Positions 15,868 through 28,625 of a stretch of DNA of 64,000 nt are shown here, piece after piece. The notes beneath the pieces were generated by a model. The model ran no database searches. It saw nothing but the letters and a program-made list of their open reading frames with translations, and had not been told where the DNA came from. The DNA is taken from assembly GCF_009914755.1 (NCBI RefSeq), contig NC_060926.1, one strand, 5' to 3'. Both the position numbers and the translations under genes were made by a program. The DNA comes from the human T2T-CHM13v2.0 reference genome, Homo sapiens. The first letter of the stretch is position 1; the number at the start of each line of letters is the position of its first letter.

Positions 15868-16392
15868 CTGGAGCAATCCCACTTCCGGGTATAGATCAAA
15901 AGAAGTGAAAACAGGATCTTGAAATGGTATTTGCATGCCTGTGATCATTGTAGCATTATGCACAATAACCAAGAGGTAGAAGCAACATACATATCTATCA
16001 ACAGATAAGTGAATAAAAAATGTGATATATACATACAATGGAATATTATTCAGCCTTGAAAGGCAGGAAATCTTGTCATGTGCTACAATAAGGATGAAAT
16101 TTGAGCACATTATGCGAAGCAAAATAAACCAGTTACAAAAAGGCACTTGTATGAGGTATCTAAAACATTTAAACTTACAGAAACAGAAAGTAGAATCGTG
16201 GTTGTTAAGGGTTGCAGGGCGTGTGAGGGGAATAGGGAGATGTTGTTTAACGGGTGTGGAGTTTCAGCCATTCAAGAAGAAAAATTCCTAGAGATCTTCC
16301 GTACAACAATGTGCATATAGTTAACACTATTGAATTATATACTAAAAAGTGGTTAAGATAGTAAATTTTACATTATATGCTTTTTACCACAA
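15868..16392 (+). mobile_element. L1MB-type 3' end
   Basis: gcaatcccacttccgggtata...tagagatc...acaacaatgtgcatatagttaacactattgaattatatactaaaaagtggttaagatagtaaatttta. Confidence 0.8.
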
Positions 16393-16394
16393 CC

Positions 16395-16699
16395 TTTTTT
16401 TTTTTTTTTTTTTTTTTTGAGATGGTGTCTCACACTGTTGCTTAGGCTGGAGCGCAGTGGTGTGATCTCTGCTCACTGCAACCTCCGCCTCCTGAGTTCA
16501 AGTGATTCTTCTGCCTCAGTCACCCAAGTAGCTGGGATTACAGGCGCCCACCACCACGCTTACCTAATTTTTTGTATTTTTAGTAGAGACAGGGTTTCAC
16601 TATGTTGGCCAGGCTGGTCTCAAGCTCCTGACCTCATGATCCACCCGCCTCGGCCTCCCAAAGTGCTGGGATTACAGGCATGAGCCACTGCGCCCAGCC
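16395..16699 (-). mobile_element. AluS
   Basis: Poly-T and a full antisense dimer; TSD-like taccacaacc / taccaaaact. Confidence 0.93.
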
Positions 16700-16924
16700 T
16701 ACCAAAACTTTTTTAAAACTAAAAGATATTTTAAAAATAAAGCAAAGTAAAGTGAAACGAAACAAACCAAAAAAGCAACACTCAAGCACTCACATGGTCT
16801 TTGGGAGGCACCTCTTCCTGAGAACTCAGCATCACCAAGTCAGAAATCCCATTGGAGGGGTGGATACTAGACCTGGAAGACTACTCACTTACCTTTGTTT
16901 CTCGAGTTCCACCCTCTCATTTTG

Positions 16925-17076
16925 CTTTGCTTGTTTTATGGAAACACAGCCACACACATTGGTTTGAATCATCTATGGCTGCTTTCACACTACAATGGTG
17001 GAGTTGAGTAGCTATGATATGGTCTACAAAGCTGAGAATACTGACTATCTGGTCCTTTAATAAAAAGTTTGCTGAG
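16925..17076. mobile_element. MER58-like hAT-Charlie fragment
   Basis: ggaaacacagccacacacatt...tctatggctgctttcacactacaatggtggagttgagtag...ctggtcctttaataaaaagtttgctga. Confidence 0.7.
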
Positions 17077-17185
17077 AGATCTGGGCATAATTGTGTCCCC
17101 CTCCCTTCATTCATATGTTGAAGTCCTAATTCCTAATACCTCAGAATGTGATGGTGTTTTGGAAATAAAGTCTTTAAAAAGGTAT

Positions 17186-17908
17186 TACTCCAGTCAGAAT
17201 AGCTATTATTAAAAAGTCAAAAAATAACAGATGCTGGTGAGGTTGTGGAGAAAAAGGACCGCGTGTACACTACTGATGGGAGTGTAAATCAGTTCAACCA
17301 TTGTGGAAGACAGTGTGGCGATTTCTCTAAGACCTAAAGACAGAAATACCATTGGACACAACAATCTCATTATTGGGCATATACCCAAAGAAATATAAAT
17401 TATTCTACCAAAAATACACATGCATTGATATGTTCATTGCAGCACTATTCACAATAGCAAAGACATGGAATCAACCTAAATGCCCATCAATGGTAGACTG
17501 GATAAAGAAAATATGGTACATATATACATATATACCATGGAATATTATGCAGCCATAAAAAAGAAAGAGATCATGTCCTTTGCAGGAATATGAATAGAGC
17601 TGGAGGTGATTATCCTTAGCAAACCAATTCAGGAAAAGACAATCAAATACTGCATGTTTTCACTTATAAGTGGAAGCTAAATGATGAGAACACATGGACA
17701 CAAAGAGGGGAACAATACACATTGGAACTTATCAGAGGGTGGAGGTTGGGAGGAAGGAGAGATTCAGGAAAAATAACTAACAGGAACTAGGCTTAATACC
17801 TAGGTGATGAAATGGAGGATCTGTACAACAAACCCCCATGACACAAGTTTACCTATATAACAAACCTGCATATGTAACCCTGAACTTAAAATAAAGGTTA
17901 AAAGAAAA
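17186..17908 (+). mobile_element. Older L1PA (PA13-16-like) 3' fragment
   Basis: ORF2 C-terminus (MFIAALFTIAKTWNQPKCPS) and a 3'UTR with acaaacccccatgacacaagtttacc. Confidence 0.85.
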
Positions 17909-18078
17909 GATATTTCAGCAAAATGAAGTCATTAGGATGGGTTGTGATCCAATAAGACTGGTGTTCTCATAAGAAGAGGAAATTTGGACACAAATATACA
18001 ACAGGAAGACCATGTGAAGACACAAAGAGAAGACAGCCATCCACAAACCAAGGGGAGAGGCCTCAAAAGAAACCGATT

Positions 18079-18562
18079 TATTGCGGCACTATTCACAATA
18101 GCAAAGACTTGGAACCAACCCAAATGTCCATCAGTGATAGACTGGATTAAGAAAATGTGGCACATATACACCATGGAATACTATGCAGCCATAAAAAGGA
18201 TGAGTTCATGTCCTTTGTAGGGACATGGATGAAGCTGGAAACCATCATTCTCAGCAAACTATCTCAAGGACAGAAAACCAAACACTGCATGTTCTCACTC
18301 ATAGGTGGGAATTGAACAATGAGAACACTTGGACACAGGAAGGGGAACACCACACACTGGGGCCTGTTGTGGGGTGGGGGGAAGGGGGAGGGATAGCATT
18401 AGGAGATATACCAAATGTAAATGACAAGTTAATGGGTGCAGCACACCAAACTGGCACATGTATACATATGTAACAAACCTGCACAGTGTGCACATGTGTG
18501 CTAGAACTTAAATTATAATTTAAAAAAATTAAAAAAAAAATAAAAATTAAAAAAAAGAAAAG
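18079..18562 (+). mobile_element. L1PA (PA4-6-like) 5'-truncated insertion
   Basis: L1 3' end plus A-rich tail; 12-bp TSD aagaaaccgatt at 18067-18078 and 18563-18574. Confidence 0.92.
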
Positions 18563-18937
18563 AAGAAACCGATTGTGTCGACACCTTGATCTCAGACTTC
18601 CTGTCTCCAGCACTGAGACAGTAAATTTCTGTTGTTTAAGCCACCAAGTCTGTGGTACTTTCTTATGACAGTGCTAGCAAGTGAATACATCTACCCACAG
18701 AAAGTCCTTTGCTTTCTGGTCTTTGCCAATGCCAGCCTCGTGGTTAATGTCCGTTCACTCATTTTCAGATAGCATAACTCCTGTTTCCTGTTTGTTTTGT
18801 CTTATGAAGAGCCATGGTTATATCTGACCATATGAAAGTCAAACTGGGTAACAGCTGGCTGCATTGTGGCCATTTCACATGTTAAGAAGATTACACCTAA
18901 GTAGCTTAACACTTTTAAATGTGTCATGGAGCCTCAT

Positions 18938-19711
18938 ACTGTGCTGAATAGTGCCCCCCTAAAAAATATTATATGCTCAGGTCCTAATTCCTCAAACATG
19001 TGAATGTGATCTTATTTTTTTTTCAAAAAAAGAGTCTTTGCAGATGTGATTAAGTTAAGGATTATCTGGGCGGGCCCCAAATCCAGGGACAACTGCCTTG
19101 TAAGAGACACATAAAGGAGATACACAGAGGATGGGGCAAAGAGACCAGGGAGTCAGAGTTTGAGGGATATGGCCCTAGGCCAAGGAATGCCCAGAGACAG
19201 AAAAAGCTGGAAGAGACAAGAAATAGATTATCCTTAAGAGCCCTAGGGGAGAGTACAACCCTGCTAACACCTTCCTTGATCTTGGACTTTTGGCCGCCAG
19301 GACTGTGAGAGAATAGAGAATATACTTCTGTTATTTTTTAAAATTTATTATTATTATTATTATTTATTTTATTTTTGAGACAGGGCCTCACTCTGTCACC
19401 CAAGCTGGATTCAGTCGTGCCATCTCAGCTCACTGCAGCCTCAACCTCCCAAGCCCAAGTGATCCTCCCACCTCAGCCTCCCAAGTAGCTGGGATTACAG
19501 GCATGTACCACCATACCTGGCTAATTTTTGTATTTTTAGTAGAGACAGGGTTTTGCCATGTTGCCCAGGCTAGTCTCAAACTCCTGAGCTCAAGTGATCC
19601 ACTTGCGTTGGCCTCCCAAATTGCTGGGATTACAGGCATGAGCTACCGTTCCCGGCTACATTTCCGTTGTTTAAAGCCATTTGTTATGGGAGCCCTCTGA
19701 AACTAATTTCA
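18938..19711 (+). mobile_element. MLT1C-like LTR interrupted by AluJ
   Basis: gctgaatagtgccccc...gtctttgcagatgtgattaagttaagga...gccaaggaatgcc...aagctggaagagacaag; resumes after the Alu at gttgtttaaagcca...aaactaatttca. Confidence 0.75.
19344..19657 (-). mobile_element. AluJ
   Basis: cactgcagcctcaacctcc...caagtgatcctcccacctcagcc and ctcctgagctcaagtgatcc J-type motifs. Confidence 0.9.
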
Positions 19712-19975
19712 GCCCTAGTGATATCCAAGTTATGCCAAGTGTTGTCACACACAGTGCATGCTACATTTTTTATGATATGGGTTAAACAGGAAGACACTGT
19801 TATACTTGGAGACAAGCTTGCTCTTGAACTGGTCTTTCCTTTCTCTGAATTCTTATTGCATGTATGATAAGGCTTTACACAATCAGTATACATTGAGATT
19901 TCCAAAGGACTTTCAATGATCTACTGTCTCACTTGAGAGAGTACTACGCAATCTCCAGCAGATAGACAGGGGAGG

Positions 19976-20346
19976 TGTATTAGTCTGTTCTCATGCTACT
20001 ATGAAGAAATCCCCAAAACTGGGTAATTTATAAAGGAGAGAGGCTTAACGGACTCACAGCCCTGCATTGCCAGGGAAGCCTCAGGAAACTTACAGTCATG
20101 GGGAGAGGTAAAGGAGAAACAGACACCTTCTCTACAGGGTGGCAGGATGGAGTGAGGGCAAGCAGGGAAAATGCCAGACACTTATAAAACCCTCAGATCT
20201 TGAGAAACTCACTCACTATCATGAGAACAGCTTGGGGGAAACAGCCCCCATGATTTAATTCTCCACTTGGTCCCTTAACACATGGAGATTATGGGGATTA
20301 CAATTCGAGATGAGATTTTGGGTGGGGACACAGCTAAACCGTATCA
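19976..20346 (-). mobile_element. THE1 (C/D-like) MaLR solo LTR
   Basis: tgtattagtctgttctcatgct...gggtggggacacagctaaaccgtatca; 5-bp TSD GGAGG (19971-75, 20347-51). Confidence 0.92.
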
Positions 20347-20865
20347 GGAGGCATGATACTCCACTGATTCAAGAACTGAGGTTTAGGTTGATAACTTTCC
20401 CAAATGATTCAGACCCAGGCCTGCTGATCGCTAATGGGTGTCCTTTCAACAACCATGAAGGCATGCCTAAAGGCCAGCAATAACAAGACAGATGTGCCAA
20501 GGACCTCCAATGAAGCGGGGTCTGTACTACAGTCATATCTACTCATGGTTTCCTCGATCAATATCAATAAATGCGGTATTATATTTCCCATTAATTTGGA
20601 TGGATATTTTCTTTGTGGGAAAGCAAACACAAATGAATTTATTATATATATATAATGTAAGATTTCAGAACCACAGGTCATTAAGCTGAATGTTTTGTTT
20701 TTGTGGGGCTAAGTGAACTGTTGTGAACGAGTACGGCTCATCTCCATGGTACTGACCTCAAAAGTTGAGAGAAGTACTACCATTTCACCTTTAGTTTTAC
20801 TTAATTGTTGCCATAAGCCTACTGGAGAAAATTTAGGTAACATTTTTAACTTCATTCTTCTTCTT

Positions 20866-21333
20866 ATTTTTTTTAATTATACTTTAAGTTTTAGGGTACA
20901 TGTGCACACCGTGCAGGTTTGTTAAATATGCATACATGTGCCATGTTGGTGTGCCGCACCCATTAACTCATCATTTAACATGAGGTATATCTCCTAATGC
21001 TATCCCTCCCCACTCCCCCCACCCCACAACAGGCCCCAGTGTGTGATGTTCCCCTTCCTGTGTCCATGTGTTCTCATTGTTCAATTCCCACCTATGAGTG
21101 AGAATATGCGGTGTTTGGTTTTTTTGTCCTTGCGATAGTTTGCTGAGAATGATGGTTTCCAGTTTCATCCATGTCCCTACAAAGGACATGAACTCATCCT
21201 TTTTTATGGCTGCACAGTATTCCATGGTGTATATGTACCACATTTTCTTAATCCAGTCTATCGTTGTTGGACATTTGGCTTGGTTCCAAGTCTTTGCTAT
21301 TGGGAATAGTGCCACAATAAACATACATGTGCA
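20866..21333 (-). mobile_element. L1PA3/4-like 3' end
   Basis: ttatactttaagttttagggtacatgtgcac...; ORF 20971-21324 is the ORF2 C-terminus; tcttattt on both flanks. Confidence 0.92.
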
Positions 21334-21350
21334 TCTTATTTGAAAATCAG

Positions 21351-21652
<302 letters not shown>

Positions 21653-21865
21653 CCAGCCATAAACATTTTTAGTGTTTATCTTGTGTAAAACTTTTCTTAT
21701 GTATTATTTATAACAACTCTACAATTTAAGTATTGATATTCCTATGAATGAAAGAAATTGAGATTTAGAGAGGTTAGAGTTATTCAGAGTCACAGAGCAC
21801 CAAGTACTAAAGCCAGGATCTAAAGCCCAGGTCATTTGATTCCAGAGCCTGAGGTGTTAGATGTT

Positions 21866-21917
21866 GGTTACTTTTAATGTAATGGTAAAAACTGCAGTTA
21901 CTTTTGCACCAGCCTAA
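21866..21917. mobile_element. MADE1 half element (Hsmar1 TIR)
   Basis: gtaatggtaaaaactgcagttacttttgcaccagcctaa resembles the MADE1 arm. Confidence 0.75.
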
Positions 21918-22919
21918 AGGTATGCTCCCACAAGTGGCAGGGCACAACCTTCCTCAGACCTGTGTGGACTTGGCTCTCACCCCAGGAGGGGAACTCGGAG
22001 AAATGGTGTCTTTCTTTGGCCCAGCATGTGTCACAAAGCAAAGCAGACATATTTCAGCAGCTTTGGGCTGCTGAGCTGCTGGGTCCTTGACACAGCACTG
22101 ATGAAGTGCTCTATTTTCCTATCTGATTTCACTGCTTTTCACAAAGCTATTATTTAGTGTGCAGCAACAAGGAAGCATAAACATCGCTCTGACTTTTTGC
22201 AAGTAAATATCAGCTACAATAAGCATTTGGTCTCCCTCAAGGCTTTCAAATCTACTGAAATGTCAGGTGCAATGAGATTCTGGGCAAAGGACAGAAGAGC
22301 AAATGGATTTTATAAAGGTTCCCCGAATGCTCAGAGCCTTAAATGAGCTGACCAACCCTGCTTTGGCTAGCAGCTCCCAGGATCATTTGCATGGTTCTAG
22401 CTGTATCTCCTCTGGTGGACAATGAGTGAGGATTTAACTTAGATGTCAATTCCGGTAGTTGCTTAAACTGCAGTCACAGATCACTGACCCATCTCCCCTT
22501 GACCATACCTGGAGCATCGTGTGGCACAGAAGACTGCTTGGGGTGTGCCCGATCTGAGGGAAGCAGCTGCCGAAAGGAGACTACTTGTTATCCAATGAAT
22601 TTAACCTTTCTGCGGGCTTTCGTTAGAGGAAACTTTTACATCTGGGTTGCCAGAAGAAAAACTGTTTGGGTTTACATTGGCATTCAATACAAATATAGGT
22701 CCTTCTGGCCAAGGCACAACATTAGCAGGATGTACACTGGCACTAGTGAGAATGTTCTGAGCATTGCATTCATACCTTTCCACTCATCACAGCTCTGGAT
22801 TTCCAAGTAAACTATTTACATGGAGTAGGGGGGTCTCCTCATATTTGCCTATCAGAATCTTCAGGCTTTGTACATGAATGTTTTACACCCTCTTTGCACA
22901 TTATTAAAAGATGAATTTA

Positions 22920-23267
<348 letters not shown>

Positions 23268-25268
23268 TTAGATGGGCCAAAAGTTACTGGTAGCTTTTAT
23301 GGGCCATTTGAGTGGAGTGGTTTATTTACTTCTTCAAATACTTTTTCTCATCATTTATATGTCTCTAGGCTTGGGAGCAACTATTTCCAAAATTACACAG
23401 CTATGCCAAAACACCAACAACAATAAAACATAACAACAATGACTTATAGCATAGACTTGGCATTGGGGCAGGCAAGCATCATAAGGATAGCTATAATTCA
23501 ACATAATTATTTAAATGTTTTTCTGATTTTTTTATGCTAAAAGCATCATCAGCATTTGCTCCATATTAATATTGATCAAGTCTCTGAAACAAACATTTCT
23601 GTGAAGTATTTTTATTAGCTATTTTTGTACTTTAAAAATCTATGGAAACATAAAGAAACACCCTATAAGATTTCATATTTTTAAAGGTTTTTAATTAACT
23701 CACCATCTCTCACAAGTTAACTCTTCTTTAATAGGAGCTTAAAAGGACATGTTGGGAACTCATAAAACTCTAAAGCCAATTAATTATAGGAGGTCTGGAT
23801 AATTTATGGTAGTTTTGAGAAATACTAAGTAGCAAAAAAAAATTGCTCTTAAATTCATGTCCCTCTTATCTGACCTCTGGAAAAATGTTAGTAAGATTTA
23901 TTATTTTGTGCTTGGGTGGTTGATGTATTCTGCAGATAATTCAGATAGGGCATTTAGAATTCAGGAACTCTTTAGTTTTATGACACTGCCTATGCGGATA
24001 TAAGAAAGTGATCCTCTGATGTGTGCAAAACTGGTACTAAATCCTTTAGACTCATGTAGCACAGGGGTTTCGAAGTCTGTCAAGCCCCAGTCTTGCAGTA
24101 ACTTCAAGAGTGCATCATTTGCAGAGGATTTGATGCAATTGTTTCTATGTTAATCTTAACGTTTAGTTGGGTCACTTATTGGAATCATTCTTGATCTCTC
24201 TGCTTTCTGTAAACATCAGGCTGGAGCTATGTAGACTCCATTTGCCTGAGGGAGTTGATGAGACCCTGACAACTGATGTGATTACCCTGACTGGTGGTAT
24301 ATCCCCTCCTCTCCCCAGCTGCCCATCCTCATGGCCTTTCCCTGAGTTAGGCAGCAAAGACAGGGGACGTTGTCTTCAGAAGACCATAAAAAGTACAAAT
24401 GCTATTTGGAAGCAAAGGGGAGATCTGGGGAATCTTCTTCTTTTTTTTTTTTTCCCCTCGTGAACCCTACTGACATGATTGGTTTGCTCAAGACTTGGAG
24501 AGGCACAAAGTCTGGCCCTAAGGAAATGTGATCCAGTGACTGGGGTTTGTTGGAGGGAAGGAAGAGGAGAGGCACACAGACACAAGCCTTTTGTGACCTC
24601 CTGAGCACCCATAAGCCTGGCTTTGAGAAAGGATGTTCTCTGCTTATATTTTCAGTTAGGGAGGCAATGGGAAGCAATGGGAGTTCATAGGTGAAGTGCT
24701 TAGCAATGGCAGGTGTGATGGTAGAATGTTCCAAAGGAAAGATGAAGGTACAGCAAGGAAGCCACTCCATCTCTTGCATGATTATGCCTGAATCAACCCT
24801 ACAAACTGGATTACTGGATTATAAATTCTGTGGGACTCCAGCCAACACCAATTTTAAGCATGTTTTCTAAGCTTTGTTTGAGGGCATTTGTGTATTAAGC
24901 CAATATTTCACAGAGGCTCTGTTCTTTGTAATAGTCCATTTTAATCTTCGTTGTTCTACTAAGCAAATCATGTTTGAATGTTGGCTTATAAAGAATAAAT
25001 ACTGGAATCTAGTCTGTTGGCGTAATATGGCTTTGCGTTAGCATATACTTAACTATCTTAGAAACTGCTGTCTTCCCGCACTCCAATAATGTTGTAAGCT
25101 TAGTTCATGGATATAGGGAAATAATCTCCATTTATAAGTTGTTTACCTGCAATCCCCCATATTTCCAGCATCTTAGGCATATCTGTCTTTAAAATATAAA
25201 CAACAGTATGTTAGCCAGGCTTGCCGGCTAACATACTGTTGATTATGGGCTTTTGGTATTATTCACAG

Positions 25269-25571
25269 CAGGGGTCCCCAATCCCCGGGCTGTAGACTGG
25301 TACCGGTCTGTGGCCTGTTAGGAACTGGGCCACACTGCAGGAGGCGAGCATTACTGCCTGAGCTCCACCTCCTATCAGATCGGCAGTGGCATTAGATTCT
25401 CATAGGAGTGCGAACCCTATTGTGAACTGCACATGTGGGAGATCTAGGTTGCACGCTCCTTATGAGAATCCAACTAATGCCTGATGATCTGAAGTGGAAC
25501 AGTTTCATCTTGAAACCATCCCCCGCTGATCCTGTGGAAAAATTGTCTTCCAAAAAGGTTGGGGACTACAA
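25269..25571. mobile_element. MER1B-like hAT-Charlie element
   Basis: caggggtccccaatcccc...ggcattagattctcataggagtgcgaaccctattgtgaactgc...ccaaaaaggttggggac. Confidence 0.88.
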
Positions 25572-26449
25572 ATCTAGAGTAATACTGAAATCCAGAAAGA
25601 CTGCTGACTGAGGATGAAGAAGAATGAATTGCACTTTGAAATAGGTTCTAGTCAATGTCCTCAGAATGTGCAGGACTGGAACTCAGGAGAGAGAACAGGG
25701 ATGGAACAAGAAGGTTAAGTCATTCTGCTGAGGGTGAATGTTAATGCCCTAAGTGTGCTGAGAGATGTATCAGTTGGGAAAACAATAAAATAATTGCTTA
25801 AGAAAAATAGAAGATTATGTCTCTGTCATGTCACTGAGGTTCAGGCCTGGGATATTGGTCCTATAAAGCAATGATCCAGTATTCTTCCTGCTCATGGCTC
25901 CCTATTGTTAGGGCCTGTCTGCATTTGTCTTTATGGTCTAAGATGACTGCTAGAACCGTGGCTGTTACATCTGTATTCCTGGGAGCAAGAAGGGCAAATA
26001 TATTCATTTAAAGAAGACTTCCAGGAAGTTTCACAAAACATGTTCTTTTACCTCTTATTGGCCTAAATTTAGTCACTTGGGAGGCTGCAGGAGAGTCTGG
26101 CAATTGTAGTGTTTTTCCTGGATAGTGAAAGATCTGAGTGATCAGTTAAAAATTGAGAATTTCATTACCAAGGAAGAAATGGAGAATAGTGGATATTGAG
26201 AGGCATCTATGATATTAGTGTCTTCCATGAAGAGTCCTAAAGGAAATGATTTGGGATGTGAGTGCAACCCAAGAAGGAGAGAAAGATTTCTCCAGAAGGA
26301 AGTGTTAATTCCATTGCCAAGTAGAGAGAGAAGTCAAGGAGAATGGGAGCCAAGAAAAAGTCACAGGATTTCATGTTAGTGGATCACTTTAGACTTCAGC
26401 AGTATTTAGTTTGAGTAGTTTGGGGCCTCGTTGCAGCAGCAAACAAGGC

Positions 26450-28200
26450 ACGAACACCTTCAATTCTTAAGCTTACTGTTTGAGTAAAATAACAAAAAAA
26501 CTAGCCAATGAACAAACAAATATATAATGTCAAGTAGTTATATACTTTCCATAGAACCAGGCAGGAAGAGGAGAGCATTATTAGTGTGCCAGCTTGGAAA
26601 CAGTGGCCAGGAAAGCTCTTTTGGAAGAGGTGATGTTTGAACAGAGACTTGAGGAAGTGAGGGATGGACTCAAAAAGTTGCCTGTTAGGAACAGAGAACA
26701 AATGGTCAAAGCCCCAGGCTGCAGTGTGCTTGTGTTATTACAGGAACCAGAGGAGGGTCATGTGGCCACAAAGAAAGGAACAGAGGAAGGATATTTAGGA
26801 AATAAGTCAGAGGAATATCCAGGTGCTGTATTGTGAAAGCCCGTTCAGAATACAATAAAATTTTATTCTGAAAATGATGAGGAGTCATTAGAAGGGTGAG
26901 TGCAAGAGGGTGACATTTTATTATCTACATTTTATTTTATTTTATTTTATTTTTATTTTTATTTTTATTTTTTTTAAGTTTTTTTTTCTTTTATTATTAT
27001 ACTTTAAGTTTTAGGGTACATGTGCACATTGTGCAGGTTAGTTACATATGTATACACGTGCCATGCTGGTGCGCTGCACCCACTAACTCGTCATCTAGCA
27101 TTAGGTATATCTCCCAGTGCTATCCCTCCCCCATCCCCCCACCCCACCACAGTCCCCAGAGTGTGATGTTCCCCTTCCTGTGTCCATGTGATCTCATTGT
27201 TCAATTCCCACCTACATTTTAAAAGAATCTCTTTGACTACTCTATGGTGCGTGGGTTGCAAGGAAGCAAAAAAGAAGCAGAAAGACCAGACAGGTAGGGG
27301 CTGTGGTAATCAAGGCCAGGGATCATGGTGCCTTAGATTTCAGTTGTAGAGGTGGAGGTGGGAAGAGAGTATTTGGATCCATAAGATATTGAAGGTAGAT
27401 AAAATAATATTTGCTGATGGATTTTATGTGAAATACGAAAGAAAGAAAGAAGTCAAGGATGATTCCTAAGTTTTTCGCTGTTGTAAATGGAGAAATAGCG
27501 CTGTCATTTGCTGAGATGAGAGGTTAGTGAGCTGGTTTGTGTAGGGGCGACAGGAGTTTGGTTGGACATGTTAAGCTTGAGATATCCATTAGACATCCAA
27601 GAAGAGATGTTTGGTGGACAGAGGGATATGCTAGTTTGGAGTTTATAGGAGAAATGGCTCAGATATAAATATTTGGACTTACCAGCAGATAGACAGTATT
27701 TAAAACCATGGGACAGGGTGAGATCACTTAAAGACAGCATGTAAATAGAGGGTAAAAGAAGGCTGGGGAGTGGGGGTGGGGGGCTGAGTCTAAGGGCACA
27801 TTAACAATTTACAGCTGAGAAGAGAAAGAAGACCCAAAAAGGAGATGGAGAGGAAATGGCCAAAGAGATAGGAGGCATACCAAAAGAGTACAGCCTTGCT
27901 AAAGCCAAGTGACTAACTTGTTTTAAATAAGAAGTGATCATGTATGTCAAATGCTGCTGAGAGGTCTAGAAAGATGAGGTCCATTGGATCTGGTGATGGG
28001 CAGAAGTAGTGAGGATAAGTCTGATTGAAGGGGATTCAGGAAAAAGTGGAATTTAAAAAAAATGGAGAAAAGGGTAGATAATTATTTAAAGAGTTTTTCT
28101 ATAAAAGGAATCAGAGAACTAGAGGAGTAAATGAAAAATGTGAAGGTCTTAAATATGTATCTTTGTCATGGGAGATATCTTAGCATGTTTGCCTGGCTAT
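26450..28200 (-). mobile_element. Degraded L2 fragments (interrupted by an L1PA2)
   Basis: gaggtgatgtttgaacagagacttga; gtttggttggacatgttaagcttgagatatccattagacatccaag; tgtcaaatgctgctgagaggtc. Confidence 0.65.
26935..27211 (-). mobile_element. L1PA2-like short 3' fragment
   Basis: Reverse complement reads gagatcacatgg and gctagatgacGAGttagtggg (GAG rather than Ta ACA); 10-bp TSD ctacatttta at 26925-26934 and 27212-27221. Confidence 0.88.
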
Positions 28201-28625
28201 GGAAATATCAAGGAGAAAGAGAGAAAAAAAAATTGGTGGTACCACTGCAGGTAGATGGTTAGATTTCGTGGTCAGAAGTTGTAGTTCTTTTCTGATGGCA
28301 TCTATTTCCTCAGTGAAATAAGAAACAAGATCACTAGATGAGAGTGAGAAGTGGCCAGGGGATCTCCTGGATTTTATGAGAAATATAAAGTGTGAAACAA
28401 TTATCTTGGAAATTGGGAGATTGACTTGTAACATGGAAAAGGGTCAGTAGTAAGCTACTAACACTACTGTGAATCAGCTTATTTGATAGTTTCTTGGAAG
28501 AGAGGATGGAACAAGGCTCAGAGAGGAAACCAAATTCCTAAGGTGGAACACACAGCAGGAGGGAAAGAGTTCAGAAGAGAAAGGAAGAGAGATCTCCTTT
28601 GTGATTTATTGTAGAACTTTACATA

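Larger units (their letters stand above)
17082..18689 (+). mobile_element. MLT1B-like solo LTR broken into three pieces (~17082-17185, ~17920-18078, 18563-18689) by two L1 insertions
   Basis: Collinear MLT1 motifs: ttcatatgttgaagtcctaa; tccaataagactggtgttctcataagaagagg; taaatttctgttgtttaagccaccaagtctgtggtactt...gaataca. Confidence 0.8.

Noticed and set aside
22499-22810. 103-aa Cys-containing ORF in unique DNA
   Set aside because: Non-ATG start, no recognisable family and no plus-strand exon structure.
26935-27211. Possible polymorphic L1Hs-Ta
   Set aside because: The diagnostic trinucleotide is GAG, not ACA or ACG.
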